Assembly (NCBI GenBank): GCA_002452325.1
Contig: DKFG01000025.1
Location: 1-8,989, forward strand
Direction: 5' to 3'
From: Geobacter sp. UBA6802
GTDB taxonomy: Bacteria > Desulfobacterota > Desulfuromonadia > Geobacterales > Pseudopelobacteraceae
Length of the DNA stretch: 8,989 bases
Below are positions 1 to 5,169 of this stretch, piece after piece. The notes beneath the pieces were generated by a model, which saw only the letters and a program-made list of their open reading frames with translations, searched no databases and was not told the DNA's origin. Made by a program: the position numbers and the translations under genes. Each line of letters opens with the position of its first letter. Position 1 is the stretch's first letter.

Positions 1-151
1 TTTCCGCTTCAATCCGTTTCAGCATTGCCTGCATCTTGCGGACGTTTTCAGGGGTGTTTTCCAGCAGGGTCTGCTCACGACAGCGCTTTCCCTGATAGCG
101 GAAGTCAAAATACAGCTTGCCGGTTTCCTTCCGTACATTCACGTTACCCAT
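1..151 (-). CDS. int: Tyrosine (phage-type) integrase, N-terminal fragment; the gene continues beyond the left window edge
   Basis: My own minus-strand translation from ATG at 151-149 gives MGNVNVRKETGKLYFDFRYQGKRCREQTLLENTPENVRKMQAMLKRIEAE... The 'GKLYFDFRY.GKR.RE' block is typical of the arm-type DNA-binding N-terminus (DUF3596-like) of P4/CP4-57-type integrases. The start overlaps the stop of the upstream HTH gene by 8 nt (ATGGGTAA), implying an operon. This ORF is not in the supplied track because it is truncated. Confidence 0.72.
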   Translation of the reverse strand, partial: MGNVNVRKETGKLYFDFRYQGKRCREQTLLENTPENVRKMQAMLKRIEAE

Positions 152-392
152 GACAAACCCCTCCGTTCGCCATCGGTATCATCGGCAGCTGATGTGTTGA
201 GCTGCCCAGCATATCCCGCTCGATCGCTTCCCAGAGGTAAAGAATCTTTCTTCGTCCAAACGGCTTGATGTAGTGGACCCCTTCAAACAGCACCGAATCC
301 TTCAGGCAATTGAGGATATAGCGCGGTGCATAGTGCAGCCTGGCGGCCAATTCTTCAGTGGTCAGATAAGTTACCGATCCGTTTGCGTTCAT
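144..392 (-). CDS. Excisionase/AlpA-like helix-turn-helix DNA-binding protein (82 aa)
   Basis: This is ORF 144..428 trimmed to the internal ATG at 392-390 (MNANGSVTYLTTEELAARLHYAPRYILNCLK...GVHYIKPFGRRKILYLWEAIERDM). That ATG lies 5 nt after the SD GGGAGGTG (complement of 398-405). The longer start would sit inside the predicted promoter. The 'LTTEELA..L......I......G.....K.G.R.I.Y....IE' pattern resembles HTH_17/excisionase family proteins, and the gene sits directly upstream of an integrase. Confidence 0.68.
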   Translation of the reverse strand: MNANGSVTYLTTEELAARLHYAPRYILNCLKDSVLFEGVHYIKPFGRRKILYLWEAIERDMLGSSTHQLPMIPMANGGVCHG

Positions 393-423
393 AGTGACAC
401 CTCCCGTCTGTGTTGTTACATAC

Positions 424-453
424 ACCATACCAGAGTCAAAATAAACATGTCAA
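424..453 (-). promoter_or_regulatory. Putative sigma70-type promoter for the excisionase-integrase operon
   Basis: The minus strand reads TTGACA (453-448), an 18-nt spacer, then TATGGT (429-424), about 30 nt upstream of the ATG at 392. This is a sequence match only. Confidence 0.4.
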
Positions 454-464
454 GCATTATTATA

Positions 465-474
465 TCATATATGA
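465..474. promoter_or_regulatory. Perfect 10-bp palindrome TCATATATGA in the divergent xis-int / XRE control region (candidate operator)
   Basis: It is self-complementary on direct reading. It is flanked by ATGTCA (447-452) and ATGACA (471-476) half-site-like words. It lies between two divergent promoters. Confidence 0.35.
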
Positions 475-493
475 CAACAAAACAAATAACGAG

Positions 494-524
494 TTGCTAT
501 CGCTTTGCATATGATGCTATATGC
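494..524 (+). promoter_or_regulatory. Putative sigma70 promoter of the XRE gene, overlapped by inverted repeat GCATAT-N6-ATATGC (candidate autoregulatory operator)
   Basis: TTGCTA (494-499) is followed by a 17-18 nt spacer and then TGcTATATG, an extended -10-like element (515-523). The inverted repeat GCATAT (507-512) / ATATGC (519-524) overlaps the -10. The site is 32-49 nt upstream of the ATG at 556. Confidence 0.4.
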
Positions 525-555
525 GCACACAGGACATCTGACAGGGGGAGCAGCA

Positions 556-804
556 ATGATCAGGTTTTACCTGCAGGAAATGATTGCCGAGCAGAAATTC
601 AAAACGGGCAAGAAGATAACGCTTGAGGCGATCGCCAGAGATACGGGGATTAGCAAGGTCACACTTTCGAGGATCAGCAGTCAGCGGGGGTATAACACCA
701 CAACAGATAATATTGACAAGCTATGCGTCTATTTCGGCTGTTCAGTGGCACAACTCATGGAACATGTGCCTGATAACCTTGTCGGACAACAGCCAAAATC
801 ATAG
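556..804 (+). CDS. XRE/Cro-CI family helix-turn-helix transcriptional regulator (82 aa)
   Basis: This is ORF 505..804 trimmed to the ATG at 556, which lies 5 nt after the SD GGGGGAG (544-550). The sequence is MIRFYLQEMIAEQKFKTGKKITLEAIARDTGISKVTLSRISSQRGYNTTTDNIDKLCVYFGCSVAQLMEHVP. The 'ITL..IA..TGIS..TLS.I......N...DNIDKLC.YF.C....L.E' pattern is the classic HTH_3/HTH_26 small-repressor signature. Confidence 0.85.
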   Translation: MIRFYLQEMIAEQKFKTGKKITLEAIARDTGISKVTLSRISSQRGYNTTTDNIDKLCVYFGCSVAQLMEHVPDNLVGQQPKS

Positions 805-819
805 TGCACAGTTGGTAAA

Positions 820-856
820 GGGTTGCAGAATGTCACAACATGACACGCTGCAACCC
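820..856. terminator. Nested hairpin between the convergent XRE and 449-aa genes (likely bidirectional terminator)
   Basis: The outer stem GGGTTGCAG (820-828) pairs perfectly with CTGCAACCC (848-856). The inner stem is TGTCA (831-835) / TGACA (841-845) around loop CAACA. The hairpin lies between the stop at 802-804 (+) and the stop at 865-867 (-). The flanking U-tracts are weak (TTTA on the minus strand), so efficiency is uncertain. Confidence 0.5.
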
Positions 857-864
857 AAATCATG

Positions 865-2214
865 TCACAACAGCCTCATCTCCACCGGCTTGTCTGTCCC
901 CGGAGAGGTAAAGCCGATGGTCTTCCGCTGGTTATTCCACGTCATAGGCTTGCCTGTGTAGGGGCTGTAGAGTTCGGAGCCAGCAGTCGCCAGAAACGCA
1001 GGTATGGATGTCGGCGTTATCCTCTTTTCGTTTGCCAGCAGCTTCACCAGCGCCAAACGCCTGATCCCTTCCAGATCATGCACCCTGCGGGCGTAGCCGG
1101 TGTACTGCAAGCTGTAGCTCTTGACCGTTTGCGCCTCACCCAAGGGGCTGTAGATGAAGGGCAGGTCGAGTTTGCGTACCTGAATCGGATCTATTACGCC
1201 ATGTTTCTGCAGATGATCGACAAGCGCCGGGGCTGATAGGTTTGCAAGCTGACTATCATGCAGATATTGGGTATGCAGGTGGTTCATCATGGTATTGGGT
1301 TTCAGCCATGCCAGCAGCAACCAGTTTACCGGATTATATGAATTACCAGCCAGCATCCTGAAGGTAGCTGTGGTACGTTCAGCCCAGATCACTTCAGACC
1401 GCAGCACATCTACTGCTTGTAATCTGTTGGTATCGAACTGTAGCACCTGTGCCAATGTCTGTCGTTGTTCGGGTCTGATGCTTGGGTGACTGGCAAGCTC
1501 GGCAGCCAGATTTAAGCTGCTACGCAGGGCTGAAAAGGCATGGAACTTCATCATTAGGCTGGTATCGCTAGTTGCCAGGGCCAACCAAAACTCGGTTACC
1601 TGTTTCACGCCGTTTACAGCAGCGGCAAGATTCCCCTGTTCGGCCTGCTGTCCCAGGCTCATCAGATACAGCCTATGCAGCTCAAGCGTGGCAGTTGAGC
1701 TGGGCAAGGGCATCCAGATGCCAAGCTCCAGCGGTTCCTGATACTGGCGAAAGGTCAACAGAGTCCGGTAGCGGCTGAGCAACAGTTCGTTAGTCCTCAA
1801 CAACTCCGACATTTTTTGCGGATTCTGCGCCACATATTCCAACAGCTTTCCGTTCTTATCGCCTTCATGGAAGCTTGGCACGACTTCTTTCACCCTCAGG
1901 GCGGATCTTCTTTTTTCATACTCAGGCGGGTACTGGTAAAAATCGCTGAACTGCTTGTCCCGCAGCAGAGTTGTGCGATACCACTCCACCACCGCCCTAC
2001 CTTCAACAGCAGGATCGGAGGTTGCAGGAAAGTGCAGGCCGATCAGGTAGTAGTAGGCATTGTCTTGCTCTGCCACCACACCTTCAGGGCGCTGCATCAG
2101 GTTGCGGGCTGCAGTGGAAAGCGGCTGGTCATACCAGGCCAGGAAGGCCAACACGATGAGATAGCTGAAAAACAGGAACATTTTTATTTGGCGTGCAGTG
2201 ATTGCTTTTGTCAT
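865..2214 (-). CDS. Hypothetical protein, 449 aa, with an N-terminal membrane anchor or uncleaved signal and a large alpha-helical extracytoplasmic domain; family not recognised
   Basis: It is a long uninterrupted ORF. The SD GGAGGA lies 4 nt before the ATG at 2214. There is a hydrophobic segment FLFFSYLIVLAFLAW at residues ~12-27. The remainder is hydrophilic and helix-rich (many L/Q/R/E) with no catalytic motif I can name. Confidence 0.8.
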   Translation of the reverse strand: MTKAITARQIKMFLFFSYLIVLAFLAWYDQPLSTAARNLMQRPEGVVAEQDNAYYYLIGLHFPATSDPAVEGRAVVEWYRTTLLRDKQFSDFYQYPPEYEKRRSALRVKEVVPSFHEGDKNGKLLEYVAQNPQKMSELLRTNELLLSRYRTLLTFRQYQEPLELGIWMPLPSSTATLELHRLYLMSLGQQAEQGNLAAAVNGVKQVTEFWLALATSDTSLMMKFHAFSALRSSLNLAAELASHPSIRPEQRQTLAQVLQFDTNRLQAVDVLRSEVIWAERTTATFRMLAGNSYNPVNWLLLAWLKPNTMMNHLHTQYLHDSQLANLSAPALVDHLQKHGVIDPIQVRKLDLPFIYSPLGEAQTVKSYSLQYTGYARRVHDLEGIRRLALVKLLANEKRITPTSIPAFLATAGSELYSPYTGKPMTWNNQRKTIGFTSPGTDKPVEMRLL

Positions 2215-2239
2215 TTTATCCTCCGATTCACAGGAATAT

Positions 2240-2363
2240 AAAAAACGTTATGAGGAAGGCCGGATACAAGGCGCACGGAGCACAGCGACTGAGGCATAAC
2301 CTTTAGTTAGGCGAAGAAGCGAGCACCGCGCAACGCCGTAGACGGCCTCCGGAGTAGTTTTTT
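2240..2363 (-). other. About 125-nt long-range hairpin element with an A6/T6 clamp in the leader of the 449-aa gene (terminator/attenuator or unknown structured RNA)
   Basis: AAAAAAC (2240-2246) is complementary to GTTTTTT (2357-2363). Inside that pair, GGAAGGCCG (~2254-2262) pairs with CGGCCTCC (~2343-2350) with one bulged A. The ~80-nt GC-rich interior contains two related words (GGCGCACGGAGCAC / GGCGAAGAAGCGAGCAC) and small hairpins (TAAC-CTTTA-GTTA; GCCGT-AG-ACGGC). On the minus strand the element ends in ...CCGGCCTTCCTCATAACGTTTTTTAT, about 22 nt before the SD of the 449-aa gene. Confidence 0.35.
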
Positions 2364-2372
2364 AACGCTCTG

Positions 2373-2996
2373 CTAAAAGAACATCATCATCAGGTTAAGA
2401 TCAGCCAGCAGACTTTGGCGCAGGGCCAGAATAAACAGCCAGCCAAACAGAGCAATGCCGCCGCACCACACCAGGTCTGCCGCTAGGGATGGCAACAGAA
2501 AACGCCGGAGAGAAGTTATGCCCAATACCTGCATTGCAAGCCGGTTTGAAACCCACAGCAGATGAACAACCAGCAACAAGCCAACACAAATAAGAATCAA
2601 CTGCACTACACCCAATCCCCCCATGTAGTGCAAACCAAGGGTGCTTGCGGTAACCAGCAGGAAGATCAAACCGATCCCCGACATTTGCAAGGCACGCAGC
2701 ACCATGAGCTGTTTTTTTTCCTGTCTGGTTGCACCGCCAAAGCGTGAGATCGCCAGCCATTCAAGCTCTACACGCAACGAGATCAGAAAACCAAGCGGTG
2801 GTGCCAGCAGCAATGTCATGGCTAGCATAAGCGCCGGTGTTGCCAGAAAGCTGCCAGGGTTGATCATCAGGCTGGCGCTCAGCAGCAGACCGGCAAGCAG
2901 GTGTGCCAGTACACCAAAACGTTCGCCGTAGGTTGCCGTCAGGTTATGCAGGATGTTTGCAAAAGAGTATCGCGGGATGGATAGTGTTGTGGCCAT
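2373..2996 (-). CDS. Hypothetical polytopic inner-membrane protein (207 aa, ~6 hydrophobic segments); family not recognised
   Basis: This is ORF 2373..3077 trimmed to the ATG at 2996-2994 (MATTLSIPRY...), which follows the SD GGAGGA (complement of 3004-3009). The longer start would run through the upstream terminator and the conserved motif. The protein is dominated by L/V/G/A-rich transmembrane-like stretches. Confidence 0.78.
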   Translation of the reverse strand: MATTLSIPRYSFANILHNLTATYGERFGVLAHLLAGLLLSASLMINPGSFLATPALMLAMTLLLAPPLGFLISLRVELEWLAISRFGGATRQEKKQLMVLRALQMSGIGLIFLLVTASTLGLHYMGGLGVVQLILICVGLLLVVHLLWVSNRLAMQVLGITSLRRFLLPSLAADLVWCGGIALFGWLFILALRQSLLADLNLMMMFF

Positions 2997-3030
2997 GATG
3001 TCATCCTCCAAGATTAGTGGTCTTGAAGGA

Positions 3031-3042
3031 TTAGACGGACAG
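3031..3042 (-). promoter_or_regulatory. Conserved motif copy 1: cTGTCCGTCTAA (coding-strand reading), ending 34 nt upstream of the ATG at 2996
   Basis: It is an exact match to copies 2 and 4. It is intergenic, immediately downstream of the 3059-3096 terminator, and in the same orientation as the downstream gene. TCTAAT resembles a -10 hexamer and CGTC resembles ECF-type -10 cores. Confidence 0.5.
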
Positions 3043-3058
3043 ATAAGGGATTGCAGTT

Positions 3059-3096
3059 GAAAAAGAACCCCCGCCACGGCAGGTGCCGGGGCGGGG
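3059..3096 (-). terminator. Rho-independent terminator of the secreted MORN-like gene
   Basis: The minus strand reads CCCCGCCCCGGC-ACCT-GCCGTGGCGGGG, with 11 of 12 stem positions paired and a GC-rich stem, followed by GTTCTTTTTC. It starts 11 nt after the TAA stop at 3107-3109. Confidence 0.8.
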
Positions 3097-3106
3097 CGTA
3101 GTAATC

Positions 3107-4507
3107 TTATTCGCTACATATACTGTTACAGCGGCTCTGACAGCTGCTTCTAGCACTGTAGTCTTTAATGTCACTACAGCTACTCCAGCAACTTGCCTTT
3201 CGGTTACGACATTCTTTGGCATCTTTCTCACGTTCATATCTACGGTTTGATTCAAACTCGCTCTGCCTGCTGCTGGCGTCACTATCTGCCTTAATACCGA
3301 GCAAACGGTCATTTGCTTTTACTGCCCATGAACTTGACGGGAATCGCTCTACTATTGCTTCATAGATTTTTCTAGCATTGTAACTCTCGCCTTTACGCTC
3401 ATATTGTCCTGCAGCAAGATACATGCCCTGTGGATTTTTACCTCTGAGATGAGTGTTTAATGTTCGTTCTTCAACGCAGCTGCTAAAGCTTATTTTGTAG
3501 CCGTTTTTGTAATCCGATTCAGTATGTTTTTGACCATCCTTTGATTGCGCCTGCCGATCTAGCTTCAGAGCTTCTTCACAACGAAAGCTCTTAACTGACT
3601 GCTCAGCCCTTGCATAAATGGACTCTGTAGTTTTTTTAGCACGACACCCATCTGGTCCGCCTTCACAACGGTATTGTTCATCGCCACCTTCATACCATGC
3701 ATTATACATTTCATGCCCTGAACATCCAAAATAACCGCATTTTTTTAAATTTCGAGAACGAATATAACCATTTGCTTTGCCACCTACAAATTGTCCATTT
3801 AATGACTCGTAGTTTTTGGTACCTATTCCAGCGCTCTCTTGCCAGAACTTTACACCGACACCATGCGGCTCGTCATTCAAACATTGGCCACGGTAATCAG
3901 ACTTGCTACAAAAATTAGGGACAAGAGAGTGGTATTTTGAGCATTTATCTATACCTATACCTATATCAACTGTATCGTCAAACGCACCATTGAGAAAGCA
4001 GCTTAATTGAAATGGCACTCCATTTTGCTTCCAAATAATGATGCCGTTTAAAGGCTTCCCATCTCGGCATTCACCGTAGAAACTAGCTGTTTCGTTAAGT
4101 AAGGGGGATGGATTTGGCACATTTGCATCACAAGTCGCATTGCTACTTTGATACATATTAGCACTAGTCGTAGTACTGGCTACTGAAGTAATGAATGAAT
4201 CGCTACCATCTGTTTTTCGAAACATCTTACTTACCTTACGCCCACCAATATCTTCAAATTTAACACGTACTGTATCTCCAACATTAAGTGTTCCTTCTTG
4301 AAACTTGTTTTTTGTTAAACTGTCAGTAATTACAACTTCATGACTGTCACCTGTTGCGTTATCCTTAATCAATACAGTCATATCAGACGAATCCGGTGAG
4401 GCAGCTTTTGATACTACGCCACTGCGAATCAACGTGTCAGCATACACTGTTTCACCGCCAAGCAGTACCACCAGTGCTGCTGCCAATATAACCATCTTTT
4501 TAAACAT
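3107..4507 (-). CDS. Secreted cysteine-rich protein (466 aa) with degenerate MORN-like repeats and a C-terminal YbgF/BamD-like TPR motif
   Basis: The SD AAGGAG lies 7 nt before the ATG. There is a Sec signal peptide (MFKKMVILAAALVVLLGGETVYA|DT). About 20 Cys follow the signal peptide. The MORN-like units are YGECRDGKPLNG, YRGQCLNDEPHGVGV and LNGQFVGGKANGYI. GQYERKGESYNARKIYEAIVERFPSSSWAVKANDRLL resembles the 'F..I...YP.S..A..A' TPR of YbgF/BamD. The C-terminal tail is CX6CX3CX11CX3CX3C. GC content is markedly low (~40%) compared with the neighbours. Confidence 0.88.
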   Translation of the reverse strand: MFKKMVILAAALVVLLGGETVYADTLIRSGVVSKAASPDSSDMTVLIKDNATGDSHEVVITDSLTKNKFQEGTLNVGDTVRVKFEDIGGRKVSKMFRKTDGSDSFITSVASTTTSANMYQSSNATCDANVPNPSPLLNETASFYGECRDGKPLNGIIIWKQNGVPFQLSCFLNGAFDDTVDIGIGIDKCSKYHSLVPNFCSKSDYRGQCLNDEPHGVGVKFWQESAGIGTKNYESLNGQFVGGKANGYIRSRNLKKCGYFGCSGHEMYNAWYEGGDEQYRCEGGPDGCRAKKTTESIYARAEQSVKSFRCEEALKLDRQAQSKDGQKHTESDYKNGYKISFSSCVEERTLNTHLRGKNPQGMYLAAGQYERKGESYNARKIYEAIVERFPSSSWAVKANDRLLGIKADSDASSRQSEFESNRRYEREKDAKECRNRKASCWSSCSDIKDYSARSSCQSRCNSICSE

Positions 4508-4540
4508 TATTGCACTCCTTAGCTGATTATTTTCAGCAGT

Positions 4541-4569
4541 ATTTTAAATTTTTGAAATAGCCCTCACAA
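4541..4569 (-). promoter_or_regulatory. Putative sigma70 promoter of the AT-rich secreted-protein gene
   Basis: The minus strand reads TTGTGA (4569-4564), a 17-nt spacer, then TAAAAT (4546-4541), about 34 nt upstream of the ATG at 4507. A small hairpin GCTGA-N6-TCAGC (4522-4537) abuts the SD. There is no copy of the TGTCCGTCTAA motif in this intergenic region. Confidence 0.5.
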
Positions 4570-4580
4570 AGTTTCAGATG

Positions 4581-5084
4581 CTACCTCCCCAACGCATACA
4601 CCACCGTCATAACATTTGCAGCCAACATAACAGCAGTAAACGCCATAAATGCTCCGGCTGCCACACCACCCTTGCTGGTCGGATTTGCACCGGCCCTTAC
4701 TGGCAGCAGCAAAACTGCCGGGAGGGCGCCGTATATAGCACTGACAAACGACAGTGCAATGCCGGCCCCCAATTGAGCGCTATCCGAAAGATTGGCCATG
4801 GTTGCGATCATACCCGATACCATACCGATAACGCCAAACACAAAACCCAGGCTTACTGCAATATCAAAGGTTGCCAGATCAGATTCGGTAAGCCTCTGCT
4901 GACAGGCCCGCGACAACAGGCCAGGCAGATCGTTCCCCAGGCTGTACAGAATATACAGCAACACCGGCAGCAAGACAATCAGGGCTGCGGTTGGCTGCAA
5001 AAAAACACCCGCATGAATCCCCTGTAACGCTGCACCGCCCACAATACAACCAGCAAAGCCAATCCACAGTAGTATGGTTTTCAT
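4581..5084 (-). CDS. MotA/PomA/TolQ/ExbB-family proton-channel-like protein, short form (167 aa) lacking the large cytoplasmic loop
   Basis: The SD GGAGGG lies 4 nt before the ATG. The N-terminus ...GGAALQGIHAGVFLQPTAALIVL resembles MotA 'GG...G.....QP.A..IV'. The C-terminal half GVIGMVSGMIATMANLSDSAQLGAGIALSFVSAIYGALPAVLLLPV aligns by eye with the PomA/MotA channel motif GMIGTLIGL..ML.NL.DP..IG.GMAVALLTTLYGA.LA.....PI. Only ~25 residues separate TM2 from TM3, whereas flagellar MotA has ~100. Confidence 0.8.
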   Translation of the reverse strand: MKTILLWIGFAGCIVGGAALQGIHAGVFLQPTAALIVLLPVLLYILYSLGNDLPGLLSRACQQRLTESDLATFDIAVSLGFVFGVIGMVSGMIATMANLSDSAQLGAGIALSFVSAIYGALPAVLLLPVRAGANPTSKGGVAAGAFMAFTAVMLAANVMTVVYALGR

Positions 5085-5125
5085 CTATCCCTCCACATTT
5101 ATCGGCATACACCGCTTTACACTGG

Positions 5126-5137
5126 TTAGACGGACAG
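5126..5137 (-). promoter_or_regulatory. Conserved motif copy 2: cTGTCCGTCTAA, ending 41 nt upstream of the ATG at 5084 (MotA-like gene)
   Basis: It is an exact 11-mer in the 85-nt gap between the rhomboid stop (5170) and the MotA-like start. It is oriented with the downstream gene. Confidence 0.5.
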
Positions 5138-5169
5138 ATTGGTAAAACTATCTAAAAAGTTCCCACACA

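Noticed and set aside
1816-2241. Antisense or overlapping ORFs inside the large genes (for example 862..1236+, 1289..1489+, 1572..1778+, 1816..2241+, 2401..2760-, 2641..2931+, 3031..3312-, 4578..5027+, 5139..5417+, 5938..6153+, 6898..7089+, 7218..7529-, 7797..8012-, 8568..8765-)
   Set aside because: Each is embedded opposite to, or out of frame with, a longer ORF that has an SD, recognisable motifs or a coherent TM pattern. Their translations are Arg/Cys/Gln/His-rich low-complexity sequences typical of wrong-frame reading of GC-rich DNA. None has a ribosome-binding site.
2240-2363. Possible c-di-GMP (GEMM-I) or other known riboswitch in the structured element
   Set aside because: The only shared feature is a CCGGCC(T) word. 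The GEMM tetraloop/receptor elements (GGCAAACC, GACGCAAAGCC) are missing, as are the hallmarks I remember for the fluoride, ZTP, guanidine and glycine classes. I report it as an unknown structure instead. The 14-codon ORF inside it (ATG 2250, MRKAGYKAHGAQRL) has no SD and was not called.
2997-3077. Longer N-terminal extensions offered by the ORF track (2373..3077, 144..428, 505..804)
   Set aside because: The extended starts lack an SD and run through a terminator plus conserved motif (3077) or through promoter elements (428, 505). Internal ATGs at 2996, 392 and 556 each have well-spaced SD sequences.
5099-5106. Perfect sigma28 (FliA) -10 consensus GCCGATAA on the minus strand just upstream of the MotA-like gene
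   Set aside because: It is tempting because of the MotA homology, but no TAAA -35 lies at the required ~15-nt spacing (the nearest TAAA is 9 nt away). The predicted transcription start would also fall inside the SD (5089-5094), leaving no functional leader. An 8-mer match is expected by chance roughly once per few tens of kb when both strands are counted.
5158-5164. RpoE-like -35 (GGGAACT) and the AACTTTTT-like words upstream of motif copies 1, 2 and 4
   Set aside because: The spacing from AAC to the TCTAA/CGTC element is 24-27 nt and varies, against ~16-17 nt for ECF promoters. In copy 1 the T-run belongs to the upstream terminator, and in copy 2 it abuts the rhomboid stop codon. I therefore do not call a -35.
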